DNA of 64,000 nt from contig JBEIPA010000015.1 in NCBI GenBank assembly GCA_040377305.1, forward strand, positions 1-64,000, read 5' to 3'. The stretch's first letter is position 1, and each line of letters starts with the position of its first letter. The notes beneath the pieces are model-generated. The model ran no database searches, had not been told where the DNA came from, and saw only the letters and a list, made by a program, of their open reading frames with translations. The DNA comes from Flavobacteriales bacterium. GTDB taxonomy: Bacteria > Bacteroidota > Bacteroidia > Palsa-965. Made by a program: the position numbers and the translations under genes. Below, piece by piece: positions 1 to 10,057 of this stretch.

Positions 1-32
1 ATCATCCAATCATCCAATCATTTTGCGATGCG

Positions 33-40
33 TAACTTTG
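33..40 (+). promoter_or_regulatory. Bacteroidota sigma70 -7 box TAACTTTG
   Basis: Exact TAnnTTTG consensus 4 nt before the ATG at 45. Confidence 0.7.
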
Positions 41-44
41 GGTC

Positions 45-1280
45 ATGCTCCGTGAGTACCGCGCCATTCCCCGTTCCATCCTTCTCATCATTCTCGCGGA
101 GTTCTTCATTCAGTTTGTGAATGCCGGTTTCATGAATCTTCAGCCCTTGTACATGAAGGCGGAAGGATATCTCGATCCTGAAATCGCGGGTATTATTTCC
201 TGGCGCTTTGCAGGCGTATTGTTGCTTGCACTTCCATTAGGATTCTGGATCAAGGGTAGGGCAGTACTGAAATTGTTTTACGCTTCTGCAATCGGTGTTC
301 CGCTTTTCGGATTGCTGATCATTTATTTTACACATGCAGGTATGCACGATGCATTAGTCGCTGTACAGTTCTGTTGGGGCGCGTCATTCACATTCATGCA
401 GATTCCGGTATTGCCTTTCATTCTGAGAAATTGTCCGGTACCGCAACAAACGCCCGCAATTGCGTTGAGTTATTCCACCTGGAGTTTTGCAGGAATTGCG
501 AGTGCTGTACTCGTGTGGATTTTGAACAGCTATAATCCGATTGTATTCAACGAACGGAATATGCTCATCGGAATTACCATCTCCGCGTTTGCCGGAATCT
601 TCTGCGTGTATGCCGCGCGTATGAACGAGAATACAAACAGTGAAGTTCATAACGGCAAATCATCAGACTACGATTGGGGTCTAATTGCAAAGGCATTGAT
701 CCCGGTATTAGTCATTGCAACAGGTGCTGGATTAACAATTCCATTCATCAACCTGTTTTTCTCGCGGGTGCATGATCTTTCCACCAATACAATTTCCCTT
801 TGGAATTTTATTGCATCGCTGTTGGTTGCATTCGCCGCACTGCTCGTTCCGAAAATTAAAACAGGTATCGGATACAAACTCGCTATTCCCTTGACGCAAT
901 CGTTTGCGGTATTGTCACTCATTCTGATGGCTACAACAGAATGGTATGTTCACCTTCCGGCAGCAGCGGCAATTGCTGTTGGTTGTTATTTGTTGCGTCA
1001 GCCTTTGATGAACATGGCCGGTCCAATGACTTCGGAAGTCGGAATGAAATACGTAGGCAAGAAAAATCAGGAGATGACGAGTGCATTAACCGCTGCGATT
1101 TGGTCGGGCAGCTGGTTCATTAGTACTCGATTCATTTTTGCAACCTTGCGCGATACAGGATGGAATTACGCGAGCATTTTCCTGATTACAGCAGCTCTCT
1201 ATGCAGTTGGCGTAATTCTATACGTGTTGTTGATCGGATCTTACAATCGGCGGAAGGCAGCGGGAGAGATTCAGGATTAA
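45..1280 (+). CDS. MFS transporter
   Basis: 411 aa with ~12 hydrophobic segments in two halves; MFS-like layout. Confidence 0.8.
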   Translation: MLREYRAIPRSILLIILAEFFIQFVNAGFMNLQPLYMKAEGYLDPEIAGIISWRFAGVLLLALPLGFWIKGRAVLKLFYASAIGVPLFGLLIIYFTHAGMHDALVAVQFCWGASFTFMQIPVLPFILRNCPVPQQTPAIALSYSTWSFAGIASAVLVWILNSYNPIVFNERNMLIGITISAFAGIFCVYAARMNENTNSEVHNGKSSDYDWGLIAKALIPVLVIATGAGLTIPFINLFFSRVHDLSTNTISLWNFIASLLVAFAALLVPKIKTGIGYKLAIPLTQSFAVLSLILMATTEWYVHLPAAAAIAVGCYLLRQPLMNMAGPMTSEVGMKYVGKKNQEMTSALTAAIWSGSWFISTRFIFATLRDTGWNYASIFLITAALYAVGVILYVLLIGSYNRRKAAGEIQD

Positions 1281-3031
1281 ATTCTGATCGCAGCTACAAG
1301 CACATCATCGACTTGCTCATGTTCGCCTTTCCACGTGAAGAAGAATTCAGATACTTTATTTTGCTGCTCAGAAATCGGAAGCGATGAAATAGTCTGAATA
1401 AAATTCCGCAAACCTTTCAGCTTCAATTTCTTTCCACGCACTCCGCCAAACTGATCGGAATAGCCGTCGGTGAAGAAGTACAACACATCGCCCTTGCTTG
1501 TCTGTAAAACCTGCGTGGTGAAATTCTTCTTCTCATCGTAAAATTCCCCAATCGGCATCTTGTCGCCTTTGATTTCAGTCAGCTCACCTTTCGACACATG
1601 AAACACCGGACGATTTGCACTAGCGATTGAAACTTGTCCGGATTTTTTCTCGATCTGAAGTAACGAAATGTCCATTCCGTCTGCAGAATTTGCAGCACCC
1701 GAACCCATGTTTAGAGCCGATGCAATTTTCTGATCGAGCAAAGTCAGAATCATTCCCGGATGAGTTGCGCGTGCATCCGCAATCACAAGATTGAGGCAAT
1801 CAATTCCTACAATGCTCATTAATGCGCCGGGAACGCCATGACCAGTGCAATCGGCAATGGCCAGTGTAATGGTCGATTCATTTTCGTGCAGCCACCAGAA
1901 ATCTCCGCTGACAATATCACGAGGCTGATTGAAAACAAAATTCTCGTCGAAGGCAGCTTTGAACCGCCATGGAGAAGGTAAAAGCGCATTCTGAATCTTT
2001 AACGCGTAATTAATACTATCTGTGATAGACCGGTTCTTCTCTTCAATCACCCGATGCTGTTGCGCAATTTTCAGATAGGCCTGTCGGATCTCGCGGTTCT
2101 TTTCTTTGTGCTGACGATTTTCTTCCTGCAGTTTCTCTACACGGTAAGCAAACTGCATATCCTGCATCGCACGTGTATCATTCTGTTTACGGATTTCATC
2201 GTTGAGTGTAATGAATTCCTTGTAGTAGCTCAACGACTTCTGAAAATTACCTTGCTTTTCGGCAATCTTCGCACGCAACTCAACGATGGGAGGGAATTCA
2301 CCCACAAAGTTTTTATCCCGCGCAATTTTCTCAGCAGCGTCGAGACAATCAAGCGCCGTCTGATAGTTCCCATTGTGCAAGTGAACCTTCGCAAGGAAAA
2401 CGAACGCAACTTCTTCTATGATGTAATAGGAGCTTTTGCGGGCGAGTTCAACCGCTTCTGCAAATTTCTCCTGAGCTTGTTCGTAATTACCGAGGAAGAA
2501 TTCTGTTTCTCCGATGTTGTGTACAACAATTGTTTTGGTGCGATCAGTAATTGAACTGAACTGCAAACACAGATTGAAATATTCAAGCGCTTTTGAATGA
2601 TTCCCCAGTGAGTTATACGAATCGCCAACATTACTCAGCGTAGAAATTTCACCGGGTTCGTCTCCGCCTTTTCTGCGGTAAGACAGACAAGTCAGATTCG
2701 TTTGCAGGCGATTCTCGTACTCACCAAGATAGTTGTACGCTGCACCAAGTGTGTTCAGGCATTTCGCCGCCATCGCATAATCTTCCTGCGACTCAAACCA
2801 GGGAAGAGCTTCCAGACAAACCTGTAATGCTTTGTGATAGTTTCCGTTTGCCTGATAACATCGCGCAAGAAGCTCTTTGGTTTTATTCAGAAGAATCGGT
2901 TCGGCCATTCCTTCCGCACGCTCATGCAATTCCTGAACTTCAGAAAATGCAGCACGTGAATCTTCTGCGAGTAGTGCGTCGGCTTTTGCAAGAAGTTCTT
3001 CGAATTGTACAGCGGAATCAACAGCGGACAT
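1277..3031 (-). CDS. TPR-repeat SpoIIE/PP2C-family serine phosphatase
   Basis: N-terminal TPRs, coiled coil, then PP2C motifs DIVSGDFWW, ADCTGHGVPGA, DGMD, FTDGYSDQFGG, QVDD; ATG at 3031 preferred over TTG at 3040. Confidence 0.88.
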   Translation of the reverse strand: MSAVDSAVQFEELLAKADALLAEDSRAAFSEVQELHERAEGMAEPILLNKTKELLARCYQANGNYHKALQVCLEALPWFESQEDYAMAAKCLNTLGAAYNYLGEYENRLQTNLTCLSYRRKGGDEPGEISTLSNVGDSYNSLGNHSKALEYFNLCLQFSSITDRTKTIVVHNIGETEFFLGNYEQAQEKFAEAVELARKSSYYIIEEVAFVFLAKVHLHNGNYQTALDCLDAAEKIARDKNFVGEFPPIVELRAKIAEKQGNFQKSLSYYKEFITLNDEIRKQNDTRAMQDMQFAYRVEKLQEENRQHKEKNREIRQAYLKIAQQHRVIEEKNRSITDSINYALKIQNALLPSPWRFKAAFDENFVFNQPRDIVSGDFWWLHENESTITLAIADCTGHGVPGALMSIVGIDCLNLVIADARATHPGMILTLLDQKIASALNMGSGAANSADGMDISLLQIEKKSGQVSIASANRPVFHVSKGELTEIKGDKMPIGEFYDEKKNFTTQVLQTSKGDVLYFFTDGYSDQFGGVRGKKLKLKGLRNFIQTISSLPISEQQNKVSEFFFTWKGEHEQVDDVLVAAIRI

Positions 3032-3119
3032 TGACTCCAAGATAAGAAATATCAGTAGGCACTAAGCAGTAGGGCAGTTGGCGGACAGCGAGAATACGCC
3101 CACTAGCTATTTGTAATCG

Positions 3120-4325
3120 TCAGAACTTTAATACGTGCCCACGAACGCCGAATTTATTCACCTCAATAGCTGGAGCAGGAATCTTGATAAAGTTGATTGT
3201 GTTGAAGAGAACCCGCAGAAAACGTGATCGGGTAGGGATGCGGCGAAGATCAATATCCAGTGAAAAATAATATTGACGATATCGTTCTACGGTTATTTCA
3301 TTACCTGCTGAATTGTACATGACCGGATTTGCGTGTCCGCCTGTCATTCCGTTAGCACCGTATCCGAATGCAACATTTAGCCAGCGAGGAAATTTTGTTT
3401 CACGATTGAGGAATGATGCAACATTTACGGACAGCCAATATGTTTGACCATTGTAATCTTTAATGATCTGTTCATTCCTCGTACCGCCCAGGATTTCAGG
3501 TCGCATGGCTGCGTATTTGGTACGCTCAAATCCAAATTTCGGCATAACCCTTTGTTCGCGCCAGCAGAGTTCCTGAGAAATGAAAAGGGCCGCACCTCCA
3601 ACATTTGCAATCATATCTCCTGTTGAAAATCCCCAACCGGAAGAGAAGCCATCCATCACTTCAACGGCCGTTAAATACGTTACACCGGTTAATCCACCAA
3701 TCCAAACAGCTTTTTCATGTTTAATGTGCGACAGGTCCCAAAGACTAGTTGCAATTTGTCCGATGGAGTAACTTGATTGTAAATGCCCAAGTTTATCCAT
3801 CTGCAACCATTCGGCGTTGTCATTGAAAGTATGAAAGGATTCACGAGGATATTGTTTGTACCATATTTGGTTTAATACCACCAATGTTCCTGTCGTAAGA
3901 ACAGCTTGAGTGACTCCAATTGCGATGGCGGCATTTCTGTTGTATGGTTTATTTGTAATGTGGCTTGCATCGTGGAAATTTATTGAGAGCATGATTTCAT
4001 CAACGTAGATTTCCTTTTCAGGCTTTACAACTACTGAAAATAGGGTATCGCAGAAGTACCTATGATGTTCAAAACAAACATCATAGGTATCCGGGGGGAG
4101 AGGCGTAATCTTAAATGTACCCAACTCATCGGTGTGTGTGAATATTCTGCCATTATCAATTGAAACAATTACGCCAGAGATGGGCTCCGCGTGGTTGTGA
4201 AATTTTTCCATCACAGTGCCGATTATAGCGCCATCGGCAGAAGGAGAACCGTCTGCATGTGGAGGAATCTGTCCGGTCGCTGCAATCGAATTTGCGACAA
4301 TGAAGAAAAAAACAAGCCAGCGCAT
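3120..4325 (-). CDS. Secreted protein: carboxypeptidase-regulatory-like Ig domain fused to YfiM/DUF2279-like domain
   Basis: Signal peptide; GTV..PISGVIV..TDELGTFKI..LPPDTY N-domain; WLQMDKLGH, EVMDGFS.WGFS.GD..AN, KDYNGQTYWLS C-domain; ATG at 4325 follows a TATATTTA box. Confidence 0.75.
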   Translation of the reverse strand: MRWLVFFFIVANSIAATGQIPPHADGSPSADGAIIGTVMEKFHNHAEPISGVIVSIDNGRIFTHTDELGTFKITPLPPDTYDVCFEHHRYFCDTLFSVVVKPEKEIYVDEIMLSINFHDASHITNKPYNRNAAIAIGVTQAVLTTGTLVVLNQIWYKQYPRESFHTFNDNAEWLQMDKLGHLQSSYSIGQIATSLWDLSHIKHEKAVWIGGLTGVTYLTAVEVMDGFSSGWGFSTGDMIANVGGAALFISQELCWREQRVMPKFGFERTKYAAMRPEILGGTRNEQIIKDYNGQTYWLSVNVASFLNRETKFPRWLNVAFGYGANGMTGGHANPVMYNSAGNEITVERYRQYYFSLDIDLRRIPTRSRFLRVLFNTINFIKIPAPAIEVNKFGVRGHVLKF

Positions 4326-4345
4326 ACGTAAATATACCAATAAGA

Positions 4346-4384
4346 AAACCTGTCCAAACGCCTTTTGCTCGTCCGGACAGGTTT
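4346..4384 (-). terminator. Intrinsic terminator after the small T9SS gene
   Basis: AAACCTGTCC..GGACAGGTTT stem, extendable with G-U pairs on the minus strand, followed by a U-tract. Confidence 0.6.
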
Positions 4385-4409
4385 AACAGTTGCGCTTAAG
4401 GTTCTGCTC

Positions 4410-5120
4410 TTAATGCACTACTGATATTCTTCGTGTAACCTGAGCAACCCCACTCGTAATTGTCACGAAGTAAATTCCATTCGCGTAGTTTTCAGTATTG
4501 ATGGAATGCGTGTACGAACCCGGACCAAAACCAGTCTGACTTTGAACGCTTTCTACTTTGTTACCCAATGCATCGAATATGTCAATCGAAATCGACGACT
4601 CTTCGGTAAGCGTGTAGTTCAACGTTGTGCCGATCGAAGATGGATTTGGAAACACAGTCACCGAAGCTGCATCAATCGCGTGATCACCAATCGCTGTTGC
4701 ACTGTAAACGATGTTGCCGGCAAGCAAACCGGTATTGTCGTTCTCATCTCCTTCGGTAATGTCTTCATTCGAATCCACCCAAACTCCAAGGCGATATGTT
4801 CCACCCGGAATCCCCGGTGTATCGTTGATATCGATGTCCCAATTTGAAATCGTGATGAGTGAATTGCCCGATAAACTTGGAACATTCGTTGTTCCGATAA
4901 CCCAATAGTTTGTCGTCGCCTGATCATATAAATACATCGACACATCAAACGAGCCGGCACTGCTGTTGTCGTTATTTACAACGTCAATGGTAATGTCTGT
5001 GATGATTCCATCCGCTGCCGGTGGATTGTACGAGTAATTAATTCCCGGTGCCAGATCCTGCGCCACCAATGAAGTTCCGCCGCATACTGCAGCAATAAGT
5101 AGTAGTTGTTTCATGTTCAT
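4410..5120 (-). CDS. T9SS type-A sorting domain protein with CARDB-like Ig domain
   Basis: Signal peptide ending VAQ; VDSNEDITEGDENDN CARDB-like motif; CTD VFPNPS..IFDALG..GIYFV..RISVVH. Confidence 0.85.
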   Translation of the reverse strand: MNMKQLLLIAAVCGGTSLVAQDLAPGINYSYNPPAADGIITDITIDVVNNDNSSAGSFDVSMYLYDQATTNYWVIGTTNVPSLSGNSLITISNWDIDINDTPGIPGGTYRLGVWVDSNEDITEGDENDNTGLLAGNIVYSATAIGDHAIDAASVTVFPNPSSIGTTLNYTLTEESSISIDIFDALGNKVESVQSQTGFGPGSYTHSINTENYANGIYFVTITSGVAQVTRRISVVH

Positions 5121-5353
5121 GTTAGTTAGTTTGTTTTAGTGATGCAAACTTACTGGCACGAACTGAGCCGGGTTGTGAACTCATCGCTGCCGTTCACAGT
5201 TGAAAGGTTGAATAGTTCACGGTTCTATTAGAATTCATCTGAATATCAGCGTTCATCGGAAAATAGTGTGACTTCACATACTCTGAAAAAATGAATCGCG
5301 GACGGTGAACTTTGAACTGAGAACCGTGAACTTGTTATCTTTAGAACCTTCTT

Positions 5354-6643
5354 ATGACCAAAACACCCGCTGAAAAACAAGTTTTCTTAATTGTACTTGT
5401 TGCTGCACTTGGCTACTTCGTAGATATCTACGATTTGCTGCTGTTTGGTGTTGAACGTGTTTCATCCCTGAATGAAATCCTTCCTAACCAGTTTCCGGGA
5501 ATTGATGCCGTGAAACTTGCAAAACTCAACGCAAAGTATGGTGCTGAACTCCTAAACTGGCAGATGGGTGGAATGCTCATCGGAGGAATATTCTGGGGTA
5601 TACTTGGCGACAAGAAAGGAAGACTTTCGGTTCTGTTCGGATCAATTCTCGTGTACTCGCTTGCGAACATCGCGAATGGATTTGTACAAACAACAGATCA
5701 GTATGCCTGGCTGCGTTTGATTTCAGGATTCGGTCTCGCCGGAGAACTTGGTGCTGGTATTACACTGGTGAGCGAATCCATGTCGAAAGAGCGACGCGGA
5801 ATCGGAACCATGATTGTTGCAACTGTTGGTGTATTCGGAGCAGTAGTAGCAGGATTCATGGGCGATGTAATTGAGAACTGGCGCAATTCTTTTTTCATCG
5901 GTGGAGCGATGGGCCTCGCACTGCTCGTGATGCGCATTGGTGTTTACGAATCTGGAATGTTCAATCACATCAAGCAGGAAAATATTTCACGTGGAAATTT
6001 CTTTCAGTTATTCAGCACCTGGGAGCGCGTGCAAAAGTATCTCAGCATCATTTTCGTCACGGTACCTGTTTGGTTTGTGATGGGTACGCTCGTGCTTTTC
6101 TCACCGGAGTATGGACATCTCTTAGGAGTTCCTGATCTGATATTGCCAGACGGAACTTCAGCTCCCGCAATTAGTGCCGGACGATCCATCATGTGGGCGT
6201 ATGCGGGCATTACGGTTGGCGACATCGCTTCCGGATTGCTGAGTCATGTATTACGTAGCCGTAAAAAAGCATTGCTATTCTTCCTGTTGCTAACCATTGT
6301 TGGAATTATTTTATACTTCACTGTTGCCGGTAATTCAGTGGTTTCATTCTACTCCGTAGTTACGCTGATCGGATTCGCAACAGGATATTGGGCAGTCTTC
6401 ATGAGTACAGCATCCGAGCTTTTCGGAACGAACATTCGCGCAACCGCTACCACTACTGCTCCGAACTTTGTCCGCGGTTCAACAATCCTCATCTCATTCG
6501 TACTCGCGCAAGCAGTTTTAATTTTTGATGACAAGATCACCGGAACGATTGTAACCGGATCCGTGATATTGATTATTGCATTCTTTGCGTTATGGCGTCT
6601 GCCTGAAACGTTTGGCAAGGATTTAGATTATATAGAGAAATGA
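5354..6643 (+). CDS. MFS transporter (sugar/aromatic-acid type)
   Basis: LGYFVDIYD, GILGDKKGR motif A, GLAGE, SELFGTNIRA, LPET. Confidence 0.9.
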   Translation: MTKTPAEKQVFLIVLVAALGYFVDIYDLLLFGVERVSSLNEILPNQFPGIDAVKLAKLNAKYGAELLNWQMGGMLIGGIFWGILGDKKGRLSVLFGSILVYSLANIANGFVQTTDQYAWLRLISGFGLAGELGAGITLVSESMSKERRGIGTMIVATVGVFGAVVAGFMGDVIENWRNSFFIGGAMGLALLVMRIGVYESGMFNHIKQENISRGNFFQLFSTWERVQKYLSIIFVTVPVWFVMGTLVLFSPEYGHLLGVPDLILPDGTSAPAISAGRSIMWAYAGITVGDIASGLLSHVLRSRKKALLFFLLLTIVGIILYFTVAGNSVVSFYSVVTLIGFATGYWAVFMSTASELFGTNIRATATTTAPNFVRGSTILISFVLAQAVLIFDDKITGTIVTGSVILIIAFFALWRLPETFGKDLDYIEK

Positions 6644-7002
6644 GCGGACTAACTGTTGTAATCGGTGCTTCTGAAAATCCTACGCGTTATTCGCAAATGG
6701 CCATACGTTCCTTGAAATCTCACAATGAACCGGTAGCTGCAGTAGGATTAAAGGACGGAGAATTCGAAGGTGTGAAGATTCACGGCGATCGTCCGCACTT
6801 CGAGAATGTAGAAACTGTTACCCTTTATGTTGGCCCTCAGAACCAACCTGCCTGGTTTGACTACATCCTTTCCCTGAAACCAAAGCGAATAATTTTCAAC
6901 CCTGGCACAGAAAACGGAGATCTTTTTGATCTGTGTAAAGCAAACAACATTGAAGTGGTGATTGCTTGTACGCTGGTGATGCTATCTGTAGGAAACTATT
7001 AG
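6640..7002 (+). CDS. CoA-binding protein
   Basis: VIGAS.NP.RYS, TVTLYV, IIFNPGTEN, ACTLVML; ATGA overlap with the MFS gene. Confidence 0.9.
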   Translation: MSGLTVVIGASENPTRYSQMAIRSLKSHNEPVAAVGLKDGEFEGVKIHGDRPHFENVETVTLYVGPQNQPAWFDYILSLKPKRIIFNPGTENGDLFDLCKANNIEVVIACTLVMLSVGNY

Positions 7003-7039
7003 ATCCGTTTTGATCCGCTCGATCCGCTAAATCCGCGTA

Positions 7040-8227
7040 CTATTTTTCTTTGTTTAGCGCTTCGACAATCCTCCTGCACGCACCTTCCAGCACATCATCC
7101 GCAATATTCAAGGGCGGCGCAATCCGCATCGCATGATCACAGAACAAAAACCAATCTGTAATCACGCCTTGCTCAATGGCAGCATCAATATATTTCTTGT
7201 TCTCCTCGAAATTCTCAAACAGCACCGCAAGCAACAATCCTCTTCCACGCACTTCCTTAATCTTCGGATGAACAAGTGTCTTCCGAATGATCGCTTCTTT
7301 CCCCGCAACACCTTCAGCCAATTTCTCATCCACAATCACCTGAATCGTTGCCAATGCAGCCGCACAACACACCGCATTCCCTCCAAACGTAGTAATGTGA
7401 CCCAACACCGGATTATTCGTCAAAGCCAGCATATTCTTCTGCGATGAAACAAATGCACCTATCGGCAATCCTCCACCCAAACCTTTTGCAAAGACGATCA
7501 CGTCGGGAGTCACACCGCTGTGCTCAAAGCCGAACAGTTTTCCCGTCCGACCAAAACCAGTCTGTACCTCATCAAAAATCAACTGTGTTTTTGTCTGATC
7601 ACATTTCTTGCGAAGCGCAACCAGAAATTCATTCGTTCCAACAAGACAACCGGCTTCTGCCTGCACCGGCTCAACGATTACACACGCGGTATCGGTTGTA
7701 ATTTCCTGAAGTGATTCCATCACATTGAAATCCAACAAACGATTTCCCGGAATCAACGGACGAAATGCATTCTTGAATGTTTCGCTTCCCATCACACTCA
7801 ACGCGCCTTGCGTACTGCCGTGATAAGCATTGCGAAAGGAAACAACTTCGTAACGCGACGTAATTCGCTTTGCGAGTTTGATCGCCCCTTCAATGGCTTC
7901 TGCACCCGAATTCGTAAAGTAAGTTGAGTTTAACGAATCGGGTAGGAGAGACGCAATTTTCTCCGCCAGCTTCACTTGTGGCGATTGCACATATTCTCCG
8001 TACACCATCAAATGCATGTACTTATCAACCTGCGATTTGATTGCTTCCACCACTTTCGGATGACGATGTCCAACACTGCTCACCGAAATTCCGGAAATCA
8101 GGTCCACATACTTTTCACCATTGGCACCAAACAGAAACGGACCTTCTGCACGATCGATTTCCAGTCCTAATGGAGAAGGACTCGTTTGTGCAACATGTTT
8201 CAGGAAGAGTTCGCGGTTGGTCGCCAT
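7040..8227 (-). CDS. Class-III PLP aminotransferase (acetylornithine aminotransferase-like)
   Basis: NSGAEA, YHG, EPVQAEAG, DEVQTGFGRTG, AKGLGGG, TTFGGN. Confidence 0.9.
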   Translation of the reverse strand: MATNRELFLKHVAQTSPSPLGLEIDRAEGPFLFGANGEKYVDLISGISVSSVGHRHPKVVEAIKSQVDKYMHLMVYGEYVQSPQVKLAEKIASLLPDSLNSTYFTNSGAEAIEGAIKLAKRITSRYEVVSFRNAYHGSTQGALSVMGSETFKNAFRPLIPGNRLLDFNVMESLQEITTDTACVIVEPVQAEAGCLVGTNEFLVALRKKCDQTKTQLIFDEVQTGFGRTGKLFGFEHSGVTPDVIVFAKGLGGGLPIGAFVSSQKNMLALTNNPVLGHITTFGGNAVCCAAALATIQVIVDEKLAEGVAGKEAIIRKTLVHPKIKEVRGRGLLLAVLFENFEENKKYIDAAIEQGVITDWFLFCDHAMRIAPPLNIADDVLEGACRRIVEALNKEK

Positions 8228-8254
8228 TACGCGAAGATAAAGGAACCTCTGCTT

Positions 8255-8397
8255 ATTGCCACTAAGGCGCTAAGGCAATAAGGTTCACTAAGCTTTATGC
8301 AACTTGGTATCTTGCTTATGCTCATTGCCACTAAGGTGCTATGGCATAAGGTTCACTAACCTTTGTGCAACTTAGTATCTTTCTGACTTTGTGGCAT
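8255..8397. repeat. Tandem pair of ~69-bp imperfect palindromic repeats
   Basis: ATTGCCACTAAGG..TAAGGTTCACTAA..TGCAACTT.GTATCTT at 8255 and 8324. Confidence 0.8.
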
Positions 8398-8520
8398 AAA
8401 CTACTGTTTTGTGCACCTTCTCACGCGACTTTTGCAATTCTTGCATGATTCTTTAAACAAGTCAGCAAATCTTGCGCAGAAGCAATGAAGTTCACCCGAG
8501 GTGAAAATGTACATTTGACC

Positions 8521-9900
8521 ATGCTTTACAACATTCTGAAGCTTCTCTTCAAAATCACATTCCGATTCTTTTTCAGGAAGACTTTTCGCCTGAATGCCGA
8601 TCGTTTTCCGGAAACGGGTCCGCTCATTATTTGCGCGAATCATCCCGGAGCTTTTCTCGATCCGATTGTAGTCGCGGTGAGCAGTAAACGCCGGATTTAC
8701 TTCCTCGCAAAAGCTGCCGTGTTTAAAGGTGCATTCATGAAATGGCTGCTCCCGAAGTTCAACATGATTCCGATCTACCGTAAACAGGATGATCCCACAC
8801 AAATGCACAAGAACGACGAAACGTTTTCGAAGTGCTATGAACATTTGCTGAGAGGCGATGCGATTCTGATTTTTCCGGAAGGCATTAGTCAACTGGAACG
8901 CCGATTGAACGAAATTAAAACCGGAGCTGCACGAATTGCGATCGGTGCTGCTGCTCTTTCTGAATTTAAGCAGGAGGTGAAAATTCAGTGTATTGGATTG
9001 AACTACGATGATCCGAATTTGTTCAGACAGGATGTTTTGATCAGTTACAGCGAACCGATTGTAGTCAATCAGTATCAGAAGCTGTACGAAGAGAATCAGA
9101 AAGACGTAATCAGCGAACTGACGAATGAAATCCGCACGCGTTTGGAGTCGGAAGTTGTGCATATTGAACACGAGGAAGCAGACGGCATTACCAAGCAGGT
9201 TGAAAGTCTGTACCGCGCCAATCTGATCGGCGATAAAATCGAAACTGCTGAGCTCAAGAAGCGCGAACTGGAGATGGTGAAAAACATTTCCATGGCCGTG
9301 AAATATTTTCTGCACACCGACAGAAGCAAAGTCGACTCTGTCGTGAATAACATTCGCAGCTACTTCTGGAAACTCGATGAACTTGGTTTTAGTGACAAAC
9401 TCGTTCGATCGGGTAGGAAAGAAGGCAGTCGGCGCTACTATTGGCTAGGAGAACTCGCGTTGATCCTATTCGGCTTCCCGTTCTTCATTTATGGAGTCAC
9501 GATAAATTATCTTCCGTTTACGCTCGCGTCTTTTCTTTCGCGAAAGCTCGTAACACAAAGAGAATTCTTCGGTGCAATTGGTGTCGCTGCCGGCATGCTG
9601 CTCTTTCTGATTTGGTATTCGGTACTTTCAGTTGTTGTAGTGAAAGCGGACTTCACCTGGTGGATGAACCTGCTCATTATCGCTTCGTGGATTCCCGCCG
9701 GACTCTGGTGCTGGTTTTACTTCCGTTCGATTTATTACATCACGAATCGCTGGAAGTACATCAACCTGTTTCGCACGCGTAAGGAACTCATGAAAGATAT
9801 TCAGACTCAGCGCACGGAAATTCTCACCGAGTTCGAAAAGATTGCCGCTGACTTGCGCGATAAAGGCGTGATTCCGGAACAAGCGCCGGTACCGAGGTAG
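8521..9900 (+). CDS. Lysophospholipid/glycerol-3-phosphate acyltransferase (PlsC-like) with C-terminal membrane domain
   Basis: NHPGAFLD (HX4D), FLAK, PIYR, FPEG; ATG at 8521 sits 3 nt after TACATTTG (ORF track starts at 8485). Confidence 0.88.
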   Translation: MLYNILKLLFKITFRFFFRKTFRLNADRFPETGPLIICANHPGAFLDPIVVAVSSKRRIYFLAKAAVFKGAFMKWLLPKFNMIPIYRKQDDPTQMHKNDETFSKCYEHLLRGDAILIFPEGISQLERRLNEIKTGAARIAIGAAALSEFKQEVKIQCIGLNYDDPNLFRQDVLISYSEPIVVNQYQKLYEENQKDVISELTNEIRTRLESEVVHIEHEEADGITKQVESLYRANLIGDKIETAELKKRELEMVKNISMAVKYFLHTDRSKVDSVVNNIRSYFWKLDELGFSDKLVRSGRKEGSRRYYWLGELALILFGFPFFIYGVTINYLPFTLASFLSRKLVTQREFFGAIGVAAGMLLFLIWYSVLSVVVVKADFTWWMNLLIIASWIPAGLWCWFYFRSIYYITNRWKYINLFRTRKELMKDIQTQRTEILTEFEKIAADLRDKGVIPEQAPVPR

Positions 9901-9904
9901 TTAG

Positions 9905-10053
9905 GTTCCAGGTCAGTGGGCTGAAGCCACACGGTTATCAGTTGACTGTTTTGTAATAGGTTCAAAAAAGAAAGAGCGCAATTTGCGCTCTTTCTTTTTT
10001 GCAACGTACATTTTGGAGTCAACTGATAACCGGTCGGCTTCAGCCACCGGAAC
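9905..10053. repeat. REP-doublet-like inverted repeat
   Basis: GGCTGAAGCCACACGGTTATCAGTTGACT (9919-9947) nearly matches the reverse complement of AGTCAACTGATAACCGGTCGGCTTCAGCC (10017-10045). Confidence 0.8.
9963..10001. terminator. Bidirectional intrinsic terminator
   Basis: Perfect inverted repeat CAAAAAAGAAAGAGCGCAA-T-TTGCGCTCTTTCTTTTTTG between convergent genes. Confidence 0.85.
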
Positions 10054-10057
10054 TTCA

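Noticed and set aside
8401-9315. 304-aa antisense ORF
   Set aside because: Shadow of the acyltransferase; no motifs
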